IMG/VR virus record: IMGVR_UViG_2199352030_000012
Coordinates: 89-64,088 of that record
Strand: one strand, 5' to 3'
From: a virus
Length of the DNA stretch: 64,000 bases
The translations under genes and the position numbers were made by a program. The notes beneath the pieces were generated by a model. It worked only from the letters and a program-made list of their open reading frames with translations, searched no databases and was not told the origin of the DNA. Numbering within the stretch: the stretch's first letter is position 1; each line of letters starts with the position of its first letter. This document shows positions 52,573 to 62,361 of this stretch, piece after piece.

Positions 52573-53226
52573 TTAAACTCTGTCAAGCTCTTTTGTGTAT
52601 CTTTTAATAAGTTTTTTAATTCTATCTGAAATTGCTTGCTTACTCATACCCATTTCTTTTGCACATTCTGTTACATTTAACCCATATCCAAATAAACTTA
52701 GCATTTCAAAATCTTTTGCATTTGCTACTGATTCTATTTCGCTCTGTAAGTCTTCAATTTCTTCTCTAAGCAACTTATTCTCTATATTGGTATAATTACC
52801 CCAATTAATGATAAAACGTCTTAAATCGTCTTCTGAGAGCTTTTTTGGATTAAATAATCTCATTACATACTCTGATCTCAATTCATCCTCATAAAATTCC
52901 ATTTCATTCTCTAACTCAGATTCAACACATTCTGAATCTGGGATGGTGTTATATCCTACTTTATTGTGAGTCTTATAATCCTTGTCATTTAAATAGAATG
53001 AATTTTCTACTTTGCGATGCGTTTCAACGTCTGGACTTTTAATGAGATATGTTCCCAACTTTTCTAAGTATCTTTCAGTAGATTGCTGGTTACCCTCTCC
53101 CGACTGTCCACGATGCATTTCATTCTTGACTTGTTCTGTTAGTTGATCCACATCTAACTTCTCATTAAGATGTTCATTCCTTTCTGCTATTGTTCTTTTC
53201 AAATTATCAAATATTCCTTTCGTCAT
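52573..53226 (-). CDS. sigma70 region-4 HTH protein (putative late regulator)
   Basis: C-terminal 'GLNVTECAKEMGMSKQAISDRIKK'. Confidence 0.7.
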   Translation of the reverse strand: MTKGIFDNLKRTIAERNEHLNEKLDVDQLTEQVKNEMHRGQSGEGNQQSTERYLEKLGTYLIKSPDVETHRKVENSFYLNDKDYKTHNKVGYNTIPDSECVESELENEMEFYEDELRSEYVMRLFNPKKLSEDDLRRFIINWGNYTNIENKLLREEIEDLQSEIESVANAKDFEMLSLFGYGLNVTECAKEMGMSKQAISDRIKKLIKRYTKELDRV

Positions 53227-53513
53227 TTAACTTTCTCTCCTGCTCAATTTTATATTTGTTCACGTTATTACTTTTCTTTATATTGCCGTCAGAGTTCAAA
53301 TAAGCTCATCTGACGAGTTTTAATCCTGCTCATGGATAATTAGTCGTTTTGTTGTTAAAGTTGCTTAGATGTCAAAACATGATGTTTCATGGTTGTTGAA
53401 TTTTTGTAAAATAAATGACGCACGATTATGGCAAGGTTTATAGATTTATCTTAATCTATAAACATATTATACCATTTTCTGTGCGTCATTACAATGCTAT
53501 TAACATGGATATG

Positions 53514-54179
53514 CTATACAGTTTCATATCTGTTCTCTCTGTTAAATTGTTCAACATATTTTTTTAAATCATTCTTAAATACTGTTCTAGCAGTAAACAT
53601 TCTAGTCTTATAATGATTTCTTATATCCCTAGACTTCATATTAACAATCAGTCCATTCTTAATTAGCCAATCATAGTAATTCTTGAAACTCTTAACACTT
53701 ATTCCACATACTTTTGCCATGTTGTTCTGCCCATTTAAGATGAGATTATCTTTATTATCTGGGCAATGCCATTCTTTATTGAGTAGTGTCACGAACACTC
53801 CAGCAATACATAATTTATCTTCCCAATCAAAATCTTTGGTATTTCCAATAATATCACCATCATTTGAACTGATATAGATACGTCCCATTATATGTTCCAC
53901 AATGCTTTCATATTCAGAATATTCTTTATTCCAAACACCACTTCCTTTAATCGGATCTAATATTTCTTGAATATTTTTATCTTCTATATCACATTGCAAT
54001 AGTTCATCACAGACAATTTGTAATGCTTCATGTTGAGAACAATTATCACGCCAACTAATATACGACAATAATAAATGCATTCCTTTTGACTCAAGCATTA
54101 TGTCTGTATTTCTAATAAGTGTTGGCATAATTGGAATGACAAGCCTTTGATTCTTCTTTTCATTTAAATCGATTATCAA
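53514..54179 (-). CDS. winged-helix DNA-binding protein
   Basis: 'QNNMAKVCGISVKSFKNYYDWLIKNGLI'. Confidence 0.65.
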   Translation of the reverse strand: MIIDLNEKKNQRLVIPIMPTLIRNTDIMLESKGMHLLLSYISWRDNCSQHEALQIVCDELLQCDIEDKNIQEILDPIKGSGVWNKEYSEYESIVEHIMGRIYISSNDGDIIGNTKDFDWEDKLCIAGVFVTLLNKEWHCPDNKDNLILNGQNNMAKVCGISVKSFKNYYDWLIKNGLIVNMKSRDIRNHYKTRMFTARTVFKNDLKKYVEQFNRENRYETV

Positions 54180-54182
54180 ATT

Positions 54183-55073
54183 TTATTCTCCTTCTGCTTT
54201 GTCTAATTCTGTGTCTACATATTTCGATTTATTATTTTGATAGACATCCTTGCTTACCCATATTAAATCACCATGAAGTAGTTTCCCTATCATATCACCA
54301 GTAAGCCTAACATGATCTTTCATCTCTGACATATATCTCTTTTTACGACCTTTGTGCCCATCTTGATCTGGTCGTTTTGTCCCAATAAAATATGCAAATA
54401 TTTCATGTTCACATAGCCATTCAACAGATTCAAAATACACCTTTTCAGAACAATGAGCAGATTCTATTGTCATTATTGTACCTGAGTTAAATATCTTACC
54501 ACCCTTTTCTACTCTTTTTCTTTCGTCAAAGATTCTTGATCTGATAGCAGCATACACACCCAACTTTGTTAGTGCTGACAGTCCATTTGCTTCATTTATA
54601 ATCTTATTAGATGAATATGTGTAGATCTTACAATAATGATCTTCCATCTTCGGGACATAGATGTTATAAAATATTTCGCTTTTATAATTTAGGCTATCTT
54701 TTATATCAATAAATTTATGTCTCTGGAGCCATTCGATAGACTCTTCAATTACTTTTGAATTGTATTTTGTTCTACGTGTACCTAACATATTTATAAAAAA
54801 TCCTATGTTAATTCGCTCAACCACACGACAATCAATTCTACTTGAAATCTTTGCTTGAGAAACGATCCATGCATATATTCCAATTGTTTTTGTCGTAACA
54901 TCTGGGTAATCAAAAATCATTTGATCTAGTTCTCCATACAAATCATATAATTGTAAAGCTGGAGATTCATATTTAACATATTTGCTAAGATTACCAATAA
55001 TTGAATTATCTATTTTGCTTTGATATATTCTGTCAAAGCCAACATCGCTATAATCTACTTCTTTATTTTCCAT
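54183..55073 (-). CDS. tandem winged-helix protein, possible replication initiator
   Basis: 'IEESIEWLQRHKFI' and 'FESVEWLCEHEIF'; preceded by 41-bp repeats. Confidence 0.6.
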   Translation of the reverse strand: MENKEVDYSDVGFDRIYQSKIDNSIIGNLSKYVKYESPALQLYDLYGELDQMIFDYPDVTTKTIGIYAWIVSQAKISSRIDCRVVERINIGFFINMLGTRRTKYNSKVIEESIEWLQRHKFIDIKDSLNYKSEIFYNIYVPKMEDHYCKIYTYSSNKIINEANGLSALTKLGVYAAIRSRIFDERKRVEKGGKIFNSGTIMTIESAHCSEKVYFESVEWLCEHEIFAYFIGTKRPDQDGHKGRKKRYMSEMKDHVRLTGDMIGKLLHGDLIWVSKDVYQNNKSKYVDTELDKAEGE

Positions 55074-55184
55074 ATAATTTCCCTTTCTGAAATGATCAAA
55101 ATTATCCCCAAATTTATTTGGGGTAATTAAGGTGTTTCTTAATAATAAGTGTTTCTTGAATAAGAGTGTCTCTTATATTACCTC

Positions 55185-55297
55185 ACGAAATATGTCGTGA
55201 GAGCGCATCAAATGTTTTTTTATTTACGAAATATGTCGTGAGAGCGCATCAAATGTTTTTTTATTTACGAAATATGTCGTGAGAGCGCATCAAATGT
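55185..55297. repeat. 41-bp tandem direct repeat, about 2.8 copies (iteron-like)
   Basis: ACGAAATATGTCGTGAGAGCGCATCAAATGT(TTTTTTATTT) at 55185, 55226 and 55267. Confidence 0.95.
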
Positions 55298-55316
55298 AAA
55301 ACACTTATTGAAGATA

Positions 55317-55345
55317 ATACTATCACCTATTTTGTTGAACGTCAA
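55317..55345 (-). promoter_or_regulatory. promoter, TATTGACG family
   Basis: TTGACG-17-TAGTAT with extended TG. Confidence 0.75.
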
Positions 55346-55381
55346 TACATTTCTATTGAATATGAAGAACATTATCAAAAT

Positions 55382-55408
55382 AAAAAAAGCCTTAACACAA
55401 GGCTTTTA
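55382..55408 (-). terminator. intrinsic terminator
   Basis: AAGCCTT-GTGTT-AAGGCTT followed by a T-run. Confidence 0.7.
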
Positions 55409-55854
55409 ATTAATATTCATGTTTATATTTTTCCACAAGGTCGATTCTATTAATAATATTAAATACATATAACTGACTTTGTAGAACTTTATTTTCCATT
55501 AATTGGTTGGTCGTCCGCCTGCTCGCATGTCTGCTCACATTCCCCACGGAGTTCGCAAACCAGTTTGCTTCACTCTTTTGTTATTATTTTTAAAAACGTT
55601 GATATCATAGGATTCCACAAGTATGTGTATATTGTAGTAATAGATATATACAATATACATCTATTTGTGGAATGTTGATCTATAGGCATTTCTTATAATT
55701 CCACAAGTTTAAAATTAAAAAATAAAATATGTTAATTACGTATGTGGAGACTTTTCAATTTGTAATGTATAGAGTGAAGTGAGCTTGCTCACGAACTCAT
55801 CAGGGGTTTGGGGGCGATAGCCACCCCAAGGTCTTGAACTTAATCACTTAGATA

Positions 55855-55883
55855 ATGATAGCATAAATAGAGCTTTACGTCAA
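55855..55883 (-). promoter_or_regulatory. promoter, TATTGACG family
   Basis: TTGACG-17-TATCAT with extended TG. Confidence 0.7.
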
Positions 55884-55947
55884 TACTGTTCTATTAGATA
55901 TGCTTTGTATGTAGCTCACACATAAAATGTATGAGGTGAGCAGAATA

Positions 55948-56943
55948 TTAAATATCAGTTCCTATTGTATGTGGTATCGGTTCATGATTACGATGACGAT
56001 ATTTTAGTCCACGTTTTCTAATTTCTTCTTGTTCTTTTGCTTGTTCTTTAGCTCTATCATCTGCCAATGTTTCGTCTAGCATTTCTAAAATCCAGTTTAA
56101 ATCATTTTCTACAACTTTCTTTGTTTGAGTAGACTCTTTATTGTATTTATTGTAGATTGCTAGAGCACCCTTCATTGTAAATACTAATTTAGGTGATATT
56201 TTATTCTGTTTTGGATCCATAACACGTACCCAGAACCAACCAGTTTCTTTACCCTTTTCTGTTGGAATTGAATATGGGCGCCCATGATACTTACGTTCTT
56301 CTATATATCCTTCTTCATGTAAATATTTAAATAGTTTCATATTATCTAATTTACCGCCATGAGAGCTTATCCAGAAATTAAGTTCAGCTGCATCAAAGTT
56401 GTCCTCATTTACATCGCCATTGTCCTTGATAAGCTTCTCAACAATATTACGATCACCACTCATTAACATGTTCTTATGTTTAAGCTCGTCAATATATTTC
56501 TTGTTTGATTCTATAATACCATCACGTTCAATTAACATCTGATCTGCACGTTGCATTATTGCTACAGGATCATTCCATGCTTTTTCAACCGCAATAAGAT
56601 ATTGACGAATCTTCTTACCAATTGGAGTTCTTTGTACCATTGATATTTCTTTTGCTGTATCCAACGTCAAAATATGTTCGCTCATTTTACGCACTCCACC
56701 GAAGGCTGTCTCGTCTTGGACATTTTTGTCCATCACGGTAAAATCAACGTTTTCAGTGAAATCATAATCATTTATTTGTCTGTCTATCCATCTTTTATAG
56801 GGTGTCTTAATTTGTAATACATCATGCAATTCTCTACCACTTACAGCAACATTCCCTTTATCATCAATCTGTGTTGGTATTAAGTCACCTAATTGATGTG
56901 CTGTTTTCTTAAACTTCATTACATTGTTAATTTCATTCTCCAT
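55948..56943 (-). CDS. AntA/AntB-type antirepressor
   Basis: 'VSGRELHDVL', 'LTLDTAKEISMVQRTPIGKKIRQY'; KilAC-like C-terminus. Confidence 0.88.
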   Translation of the reverse strand: MENEINNVMKFKKTAHQLGDLIPTQIDDKGNVAVSGRELHDVLQIKTPYKRWIDRQINDYDFTENVDFTVMDKNVQDETAFGGVRKMSEHILTLDTAKEISMVQRTPIGKKIRQYLIAVEKAWNDPVAIMQRADQMLIERDGIIESNKKYIDELKHKNMLMSGDRNIVEKLIKDNGDVNEDNFDAAELNFWISSHGGKLDNMKLFKYLHEEGYIEERKYHGRPYSIPTEKGKETGWFWVRVMDPKQNKISPKLVFTMKGALAIYNKYNKESTQTKKVVENDLNWILEMLDETLADDRAKEQAKEQEEIRKRGLKYRHRNHEPIPHTIGTDI

Positions 56944-56961
56944 AGTTATTTACTCCTTTTC

Positions 56962-57204
56962 TTAATTGTTCTTCCGTGGATATTGTTTTTGCATAATAAC
57001 ATCACGTGTTTCCAATGTATCATTCATTTTCGTTACGACTTCTTGCTCTGCTGCATTCAAAGTTGAGAACCAACCTGCTGCCATTACTTTTAAAGCTTCA
57101 CTTTGGTTCTTAGCATACCCAAGAAATTTCATAGTTTCTAATGTGTTCTTCGTGTGGTTATCCATTTTAACTGATGTTTTGAATGTTACTTGTTCTTTAG
57201 TCAT
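56962..57204 (-). CDS. paralog of the ParA partner protein
   Basis: 'VTFKTSVKMDNHTKNTL...LGYAKNQ' is similar to 57392..57745; own promoter TTGACG-17-TACTAT at 57255-57283. Confidence 0.75.
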   Translation of the reverse strand: MTKEQVTFKTSVKMDNHTKNTLETMKFLGYAKNQSEALKVMAAGWFSTLNAAEQEVVTKMNDTLETRDVIMQKQYPRKNN

Positions 57205-57391
57205 AATTATTGACCCCTTATATGTTTTTATTATCAAGTTTCGTTGACTATTTAATAGTATCACGAATATTATACTACGTCAATACTGTTCCACTAACTT
57301 TACTGAAATTTATTAAAATATCCATGTACTACATATACAATAATGAAATGTATACATATATACATGGATATTTGCATGCAATAATACAATA

Positions 57392-57745
57392 CTACTTATT
57401 TTCTATAGTATCACGTTTTTCTAGCGTTTGAATCATCATATCTAACGTTTGCCTTTCTACATCTGTTAGAGTTTCTTTCCATGTTGCTTGAGTGATTTGC
57501 AATGCTATATTTTGATTCTTTGCCATGCCCAAAATGGTCATAGCTTTAAGAAAGTTTTTAGTATGATTGTCCATTCTTACTGTGGTATCAAAAGTGACTT
57601 GTGATACTTCTTTTTTATTTTTCTGTTCATTATTCTGATTTAATTTTAAATCATTTACATCAAAAGCATTTTTAGGTTTTAATGATTCTTTACGCTCAAA
57701 ACCATTCTTTTTCTTAACATTTGGGTTGTTTAGCATATTTGACAT
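57392..57745 (-). CDS. ParA partner / centromere-binding protein (DUF5388-like)
   Basis: Small gene directly after parA, with an unstructured N-terminus and 'VTFDTTVRMDNHTKN'. Confidence 0.7.
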   Translation of the reverse strand: MSNMLNNPNVKKKNGFERKESLKPKNAFDVNDLKLNQNNEQKNKKEVSQVTFDTTVRMDNHTKNFLKAMTILGMAKNQNIALQITQATWKETLTDVERQTLDMMIQTLEKRDTIENK

Positions 57746-57748
57746 AAT

Positions 57749-58561
57749 TTATACACCTTCTTGTGTTCTTTCTGTAATTTCTTTTACCAATTGGTTATAT
57801 AGATATCTGACTCTTCTATCATATTGATCTCTAGAAATAACTCCACCGATGGAATATCTTTTTATTCTTTCCATACTTCTGATGAGAGTATTAAACATAT
57901 TCTCTTTACCAAATTCTTCTTCTGCTGCATGAAGAGTATTTTTGTCTACGGGCGAGCCATTTTTTAACAATACAGGAAGAATTCCTAAGAATTGTAATTT
58001 AGGTGCATGATATGAGTCGATGATCTGCGACTGCATATAATCTATGAAACCAACGGCACCCTGCAAAGCATGCTCTTGCGTTTGCATAACGACAATAACC
58101 CAATCAGAAGCATATAATGCACTATCCGTAATCAATGAAATAGTTGGTGGAAGATCAAGTAAAATGTAATCATATTTTTCTTGCAGTTCACTTAATAATG
58201 TCGAAAAATATTGTACTCTTTCTTCATAACTATCTTTGAACTTATCTTCTAGGTATCTTGGATAATAAGAAAAATCAACAGAAGATGGAAGAAAATCAAT
58301 GTTTTTGTCAAGCTTAACAACGGCACCAGATAAATCTTCTTCTTGAATTGCCTTTAGCAATGTCATATCAAAAGCCTTCATATTGTTATTAAGATTTCCA
58401 GCTGTTTTGAAATAGATGTCTGTTGCATTTCCTTGTGGATCCATGTCAATAAGTAATGTTTTATAATGCGCTCTTGCTAAGGCAAGTCCACTTAATGTTG
58501 CGTTGGTTGTTTTACCAGTACCGCCTTTGAAGTTTCCAAAAGTTATTATTTGTGCAGTCAT
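57749..58561 (-). CDS. parA: ParA family partition ATPase
   Basis: 'GNFKGGTGKTT', 'LLIDMDPQGNAT', 'YILLDLPP'; start ATG at 58561 after GGAGG. Confidence 0.95.
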   Translation of the reverse strand: MTAQIITFGNFKGGTGKTTNATLSGLALARAHYKTLLIDMDPQGNATDIYFKTAGNLNNNMKAFDMTLLKAIQEEDLSGAVVKLDKNIDFLPSSVDFSYYPRYLEDKFKDSYEERVQYFSTLLSELQEKYDYILLDLPPTISLITDSALYASDWVIVVMQTQEHALQGAVGFIDYMQSQIIDSYHAPKLQFLGILPVLLKNGSPVDKNTLHAAEEEFGKENMFNTLIRSMERIKRYSIGGVISRDQYDRRVRYLYNQLVKEITERTQEGV

Positions 58562-58699
58562 GAAAACCCTCCTCTTTGTATACAAATATATTATCATACA
58601 TAAACAGAAAGACGCAATAATATAATCATACATAAATACATTTTCGATATTTATTTGTAATAGTTTACTATTTAACTACATATATTTAAAGTTGCAAAA

Positions 58700-58940
58700 A
58701 TATTTAAATACAAAGACATATTAATACATGTATCTTTAATCACTTTAAGCATTGGTGTATAGCACAGATACATTAATACATGTTTTTGTTCATACATTAA
58801 TGCAAGGACACATAAACACATTAATATATGTATCTTTTCACACATAAATACATGTGTCTATCTATTAATACGTCTTTGTATTAATAGATATAAAGTTTCA
58901 TTAATACATGTATACATAACATTAAACATTATATTAATGC
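58700..58940. repeat. clustered ATTAATACATGT-like repeats (parS candidate)
   Basis: About 7 degenerate copies between the divergent parA and repA genes. Confidence 0.65.
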
Positions 58941-58969
58941 TTGACACTACGGCCATTATGCTGTATTCT
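58941..58969 (+). promoter_or_regulatory. repA promoter
   Basis: TTGACA-17-TATTCT. Confidence 0.75.
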
Positions 58970-58984
58970 CAATTTATGAAACAC

Positions 58985-59108
58985 AAAGAAAACCCACTCC
59001 AGATTGCAGTCCGAAGTGGGTAGAAAGTTAATATTTATATGGAAATCCATGATCATGATCGCCAAATCTGAAAATCATGGATACTAGGTTTGTATTCCCT
59101 TAATTTAT
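58985..59108 (-). ncRNA. antisense copy-control RNA in the repA leader
   Basis: Promoter TTGATA(59138-43)-17-TATAAT(59115-20); terminator ACCCACT...AGTGGGT-TTTCTTT at about 58985-59021. Confidence 0.65.
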
Positions 59109-59207
59109 ACTCTAATTATATCAATTCAGAGCATACATATCAAGGGTTAAAGCCTATTTAAATATACTTTCTTTAAAAAATAACAGACAAAGAAAGAAGA
59201 ATAGACT

Positions 59208-60281
59208 ATGAACAACTACATTACAGAATTAAACCTACCACATCGCAGCTACTTACCAGTACAGACAGATCTCTTTAATAACCCAAACTATGATAATTTA
59301 GATTGCACCACGATTATGCTTTATACGCTTTATACAGAGCGTGTTGCTTGCTCAATTTACAATGACAAGAATAATAATGGATCATGGACTGATTCAGATA
59401 AACATGGAACACCGTATATTTATTTCACGAACAAGGAAGCAGCTAGTGTTCTGCGTGTATCAGAACGAAAGATCAGTACATCTAGAAAATTGCTAGAAAA
59501 TTCAGGACTAATTGAGCAGAAACGTGTTGGGCTCAAAGAGTACCGTATTTTTGTTATGCTTCCAGAAGAACCTGACCAGAATGTTGAGATTAAAATCAAA
59601 CATAAAAACTTTGACTTGGCTAAAGTAAACTCAACACAGGAAGATATTGCTCCTCTGGATAGAAAAAATTGCGTTCCCGACATGCAAAATGATCATACAA
59701 GTACACTATCAAATAACTCTAATACAAGAGAAACAGAAGTAACAAGAGAAACACGCACAGACACGCAGATTTCTACTGACATAGCAAAGAATGACAGCGA
59801 CAGTGATTTAGAGCAGTTGCGTTTAGCGGGTCTTAAAGAGACGTATAAGGAATCTCTCGGCACAAGGGCACTATTGCGTATAGATCAGATTGCAAATCAT
59901 ACTTACGATAAAGCTAAATGGCTAGTAGACACCATATTCAAAGCAAAAAGCGAGGTATCTACTCGTTTGTTCAAGACGGTTGTCTCACCACACTATGTTA
60001 ATGCTGCTACAAGACTAGAAGATAACGACAAGATGTTTGGTGGACTGGAATCTATGCTATTAAAACTGATCGAATTTATTTATCGTAAAGGCAATGTTCG
60101 AAATGTAAAGGGACTGATCTATACTTACATGCGTGGCTACTTTGCAAATAATGCAAGTCAGTTCTTAGTACAGAATTACGATCTTAGTGCGTCAGAAATT
60201 CATCAGATCAACTGCGTATTAGACTTTGAGAATAAAGAAAACAAGATGGGTAGACTCCAGGGGAGTAGTATGGCTGTTTAG
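59208..60281 (+). CDS. repA: RepA_N family plasmid replication initiator
   Basis: 'LFNNPNYDNL..TTIMLY', 'YIYFTNKEAASVL', 'LLENSGLIEQKRVG'; internal ACAAGAGAAAC repeats near 59724-59752. Confidence 0.85.
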   Translation: MNNYITELNLPHRSYLPVQTDLFNNPNYDNLDCTTIMLYTLYTERVACSIYNDKNNNGSWTDSDKHGTPYIYFTNKEAASVLRVSERKISTSRKLLENSGLIEQKRVGLKEYRIFVMLPEEPDQNVEIKIKHKNFDLAKVNSTQEDIAPLDRKNCVPDMQNDHTSTLSNNSNTRETEVTRETRTDTQISTDIAKNDSDSDLEQLRLAGLKETYKESLGTRALLRIDQIANHTYDKAKWLVDTIFKAKSEVSTRLFKTVVSPHYVNAATRLEDNDKMFGGLESMLLKLIEFIYRKGNVRNVKGLIYTYMRGYFANNASQFLVQNYDLSASEIHQINCVLDFENKENKMGRLQGSSMAV

Positions 60282-60544
60282 AGCAAAATAAGGGCTTATT
60301 TAAGTAGGCTAAAATTGGGTCAAAATAAGGCAAAAATAGTATAAAATTAGACAAAAACAGACGAAATTTGGTGAAATTTAGCTAAAATAGAGCAAAATAT
60401 GCTTAAAAACATTGATTTTTAGGCAAAGTAGAAAATACAGTATTATTGCAGTGTATTTTAAATAAAAAACTTAATAGAAACCTATTGACGCTGATAAATA
60501 GTTGTGATAGTGTAATAGACATAAGCAAACAGGAGGTAAAATTT

Positions 60545-60874
60545 ATGAAGACCAGGAATCAATATATTATTCAGAGTTATGCTTCGATTAACGACTTTGG
60601 TAAAAGGGTAGCAGGAGCAATGCAGAATGATGAACATCTAATAAGTATTCAAATCTCTTCTCATGTAAAGAATTTGGCTAGGACATTAAAGAAATTTGGG
60701 TATGAGAAGTATGACAAAGATGTTATAGGTAGAGCATTGTCAATTATTACAGCTGAATCAATGGAGAATGCACCGAAAGAAGTACAAGATCAATTCATTG
60801 AATATTATAAGGCGTTAGAAGAAAAAGATTCTAAGAAAGATAATCAAGGAATAGCATGGTTGGCAAAGCAGTAG
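60545..60874 (+). CDS. divergent third paralog of the ParA partner family
   Basis: AGGAGG RBS; promoter TTGACG-17-TAGTGT (60485-60513); 'ISIQISSHVKNLARTLKKFGY...ALEEKD'. Confidence 0.65.
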   Translation: MKTRNQYIIQSYASINDFGKRVAGAMQNDEHLISIQISSHVKNLARTLKKFGYEKYDKDVIGRALSIITAESMENAPKEVQDQFIEYYKALEEKDSKKDNQGIAWLAKQ

Positions 60875-60932
60875 ATTAAGTAGTTACTAAGTAGAAAAGA
60901 AACGACGTAATTAAATAGGAGAGACATGCAAA

Positions 60933-61328
60933 ATGATAAATATTTATTATCCAGATGCAACACAAAGTGAGAATGAAATGCTTTCTTTGTTTGACAATAT
61001 CAGAAAAAGATATAACCTTACAGCTCGTCAGATGAGATTGGCGAATGATAAAATAGAGGATCTTAATAGCAAAATAGAATCTAATCGATTCAAGTTTATT
61101 ACGAAGATTAAAGATAGAAGAATGATTAAATTATGGCAAGAAGAGTTTTTAGCTTGGCAAGAAAAATACAACGAAGCCCGTCTACAGTTAAGTGATATGT
61201 ATTTTAAATTAGCAGAGCGTGATCACGGCACTTTATCAAGCAATGGTGAACCAGTATCAAATATATTTAAAACAATGGGAAATAGTTTAAAACAAGAAGA
61301 TTCATGGAAAACGGAGGTAGATTTATAA
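60933..61328 (+). CDS. hypothetical protein
   Basis: 131 aa helical ORF with RBS. Confidence 0.7.
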   Translation: MINIYYPDATQSENEMLSLFDNIRKRYNLTARQMRLANDKIEDLNSKIESNRFKFITKIKDRRMIKLWQEEFLAWQEKYNEARLQLSDMYFKLAERDHGTLSSNGEPVSNIFKTMGNSLKQEDSWKTEVDL

Positions 61329-62158
61329 TGAATATTAATGAATTGGAACAAGTAGAATACAATGGTGATTTGATTTTAACATCGGAACAATTGGCAGATT
61401 TTTATGGAACAGAGACAAGAAGAATTGCAGATAACTTTAAACGTAATGAAGACAGATTTGTGGAGGGCAAACATTACTATCTTCTTAAAGGCGCATCATT
61501 AAAGGAGTTCAAGAGCCAATACTCTTTGAAGGGATTGCCTATAAATAAGTTTGCAAGTTCATTATATTTATGGACAGAACGTGGAGCTAGTCGTCATGCT
61601 AAAATTTTGGATAGTGATCAAGCGTGGAATGTATTTGATACCTTGGAGGATACGTATTTTACAGTTAAAGAAATTGTAAAACAAGATTCATATCTGATTA
61701 AAGACCCGATTAAACGTGCAGAGGCATGGATTGTAGAAACTAAAGAGAAGATTGCTTTACAACATAAAAATGAAGAACAACAAAAGATTATTGAGCATGA
61801 CAAACCAATTGTAGAATATACGACAAAAGTTGTTGTGAACAAAAAAGATAAAAATGAAATGCAAGATATTGCACATAATTTGACTAATGCAGGATACAAT
61901 ATGGGGAAGAATAAGATTATGGCTTGGATGCGAATGAATCATTATCTTCTTAAAGGTAATAAATGGAATCAACCAAGTCAAGATATGAAGAATCGTGGTT
62001 ATCTGGCTTCTCAAGATAAAACTAGGGTTGATAGCTATGGAGAAACACATATTTATAAAAAGACCTATGTTACATCAAAAGGAGTTGTATGGTTTACCAG
62101 AAACATTATGAAATGGTTGGATGAAGGTCATACTGTTAAAGAATTAGATAATGAGTAG
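61328..62158 (+). CDS. ORF6N + KilAC antirepressor-type DNA-binding protein
   Basis: 'LTSEQLADFYG', 'RFVEGKHYY', 'LWTERGASRHAK', C-terminal 'TYVTSKGVVWF'. Confidence 0.88.
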   Translation: MNINELEQVEYNGDLILTSEQLADFYGTETRRIADNFKRNEDRFVEGKHYYLLKGASLKEFKSQYSLKGLPINKFASSLYLWTERGASRHAKILDSDQAWNVFDTLEDTYFTVKEIVKQDSYLIKDPIKRAEAWIVETKEKIALQHKNEEQQKIIEHDKPIVEYTTKVVVNKKDKNEMQDIAHNLTNAGYNMGKNKIMAWMRMNHYLLKGNKWNQPSQDMKNRGYLASQDKTRVDSYGETHIYKKTYVTSKGVVWFTRNIMKWLDEGHTVKELDNE

Positions 62159-62178
62159 AAAGGAAATGACGTAGATAT

Positions 62179-62346
62179 ATGAGTTGTTTCGGGTTGCTGA
62201 TATTATTCTTTGTAATCGGAGTAGTATATGTAGTTTTAATGCTGATAGCGCCATTTCTGGGATATCTGATTGCTTTAGTATGTATCATATTCTGGTTAAT
62301 TTGGAAATTTCTTAAATTATTGTGGCATGACATTTCTGGTAAATAA
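62179..62346 (+). CDS. small membrane protein (55 aa)
   Basis: MSCFGLLILFFVIGVVYVVLMLIAPFLGYLIALVCIIFWLIWKF... Confidence 0.55.
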   Translation: MSCFGLLILFFVIGVVYVVLMLIAPFLGYLIALVCIIFWLIWKFLKLLWHDISGK

Positions 62347-62361
62347 GAAAGAAGAGATAAC

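Noticed and set aside
55185..55297. CRISPR array
   Set aside because: Inter-repeat segments are identical and only 10 nt, so there are no unique spacers; no cas operon is present
55790..55806. Hammerhead ribozyme (CUGAUGAG on the minus strand)
   Set aside because: The stem closing after CUGAUGA is followed by UCCG rather than the required GAAA
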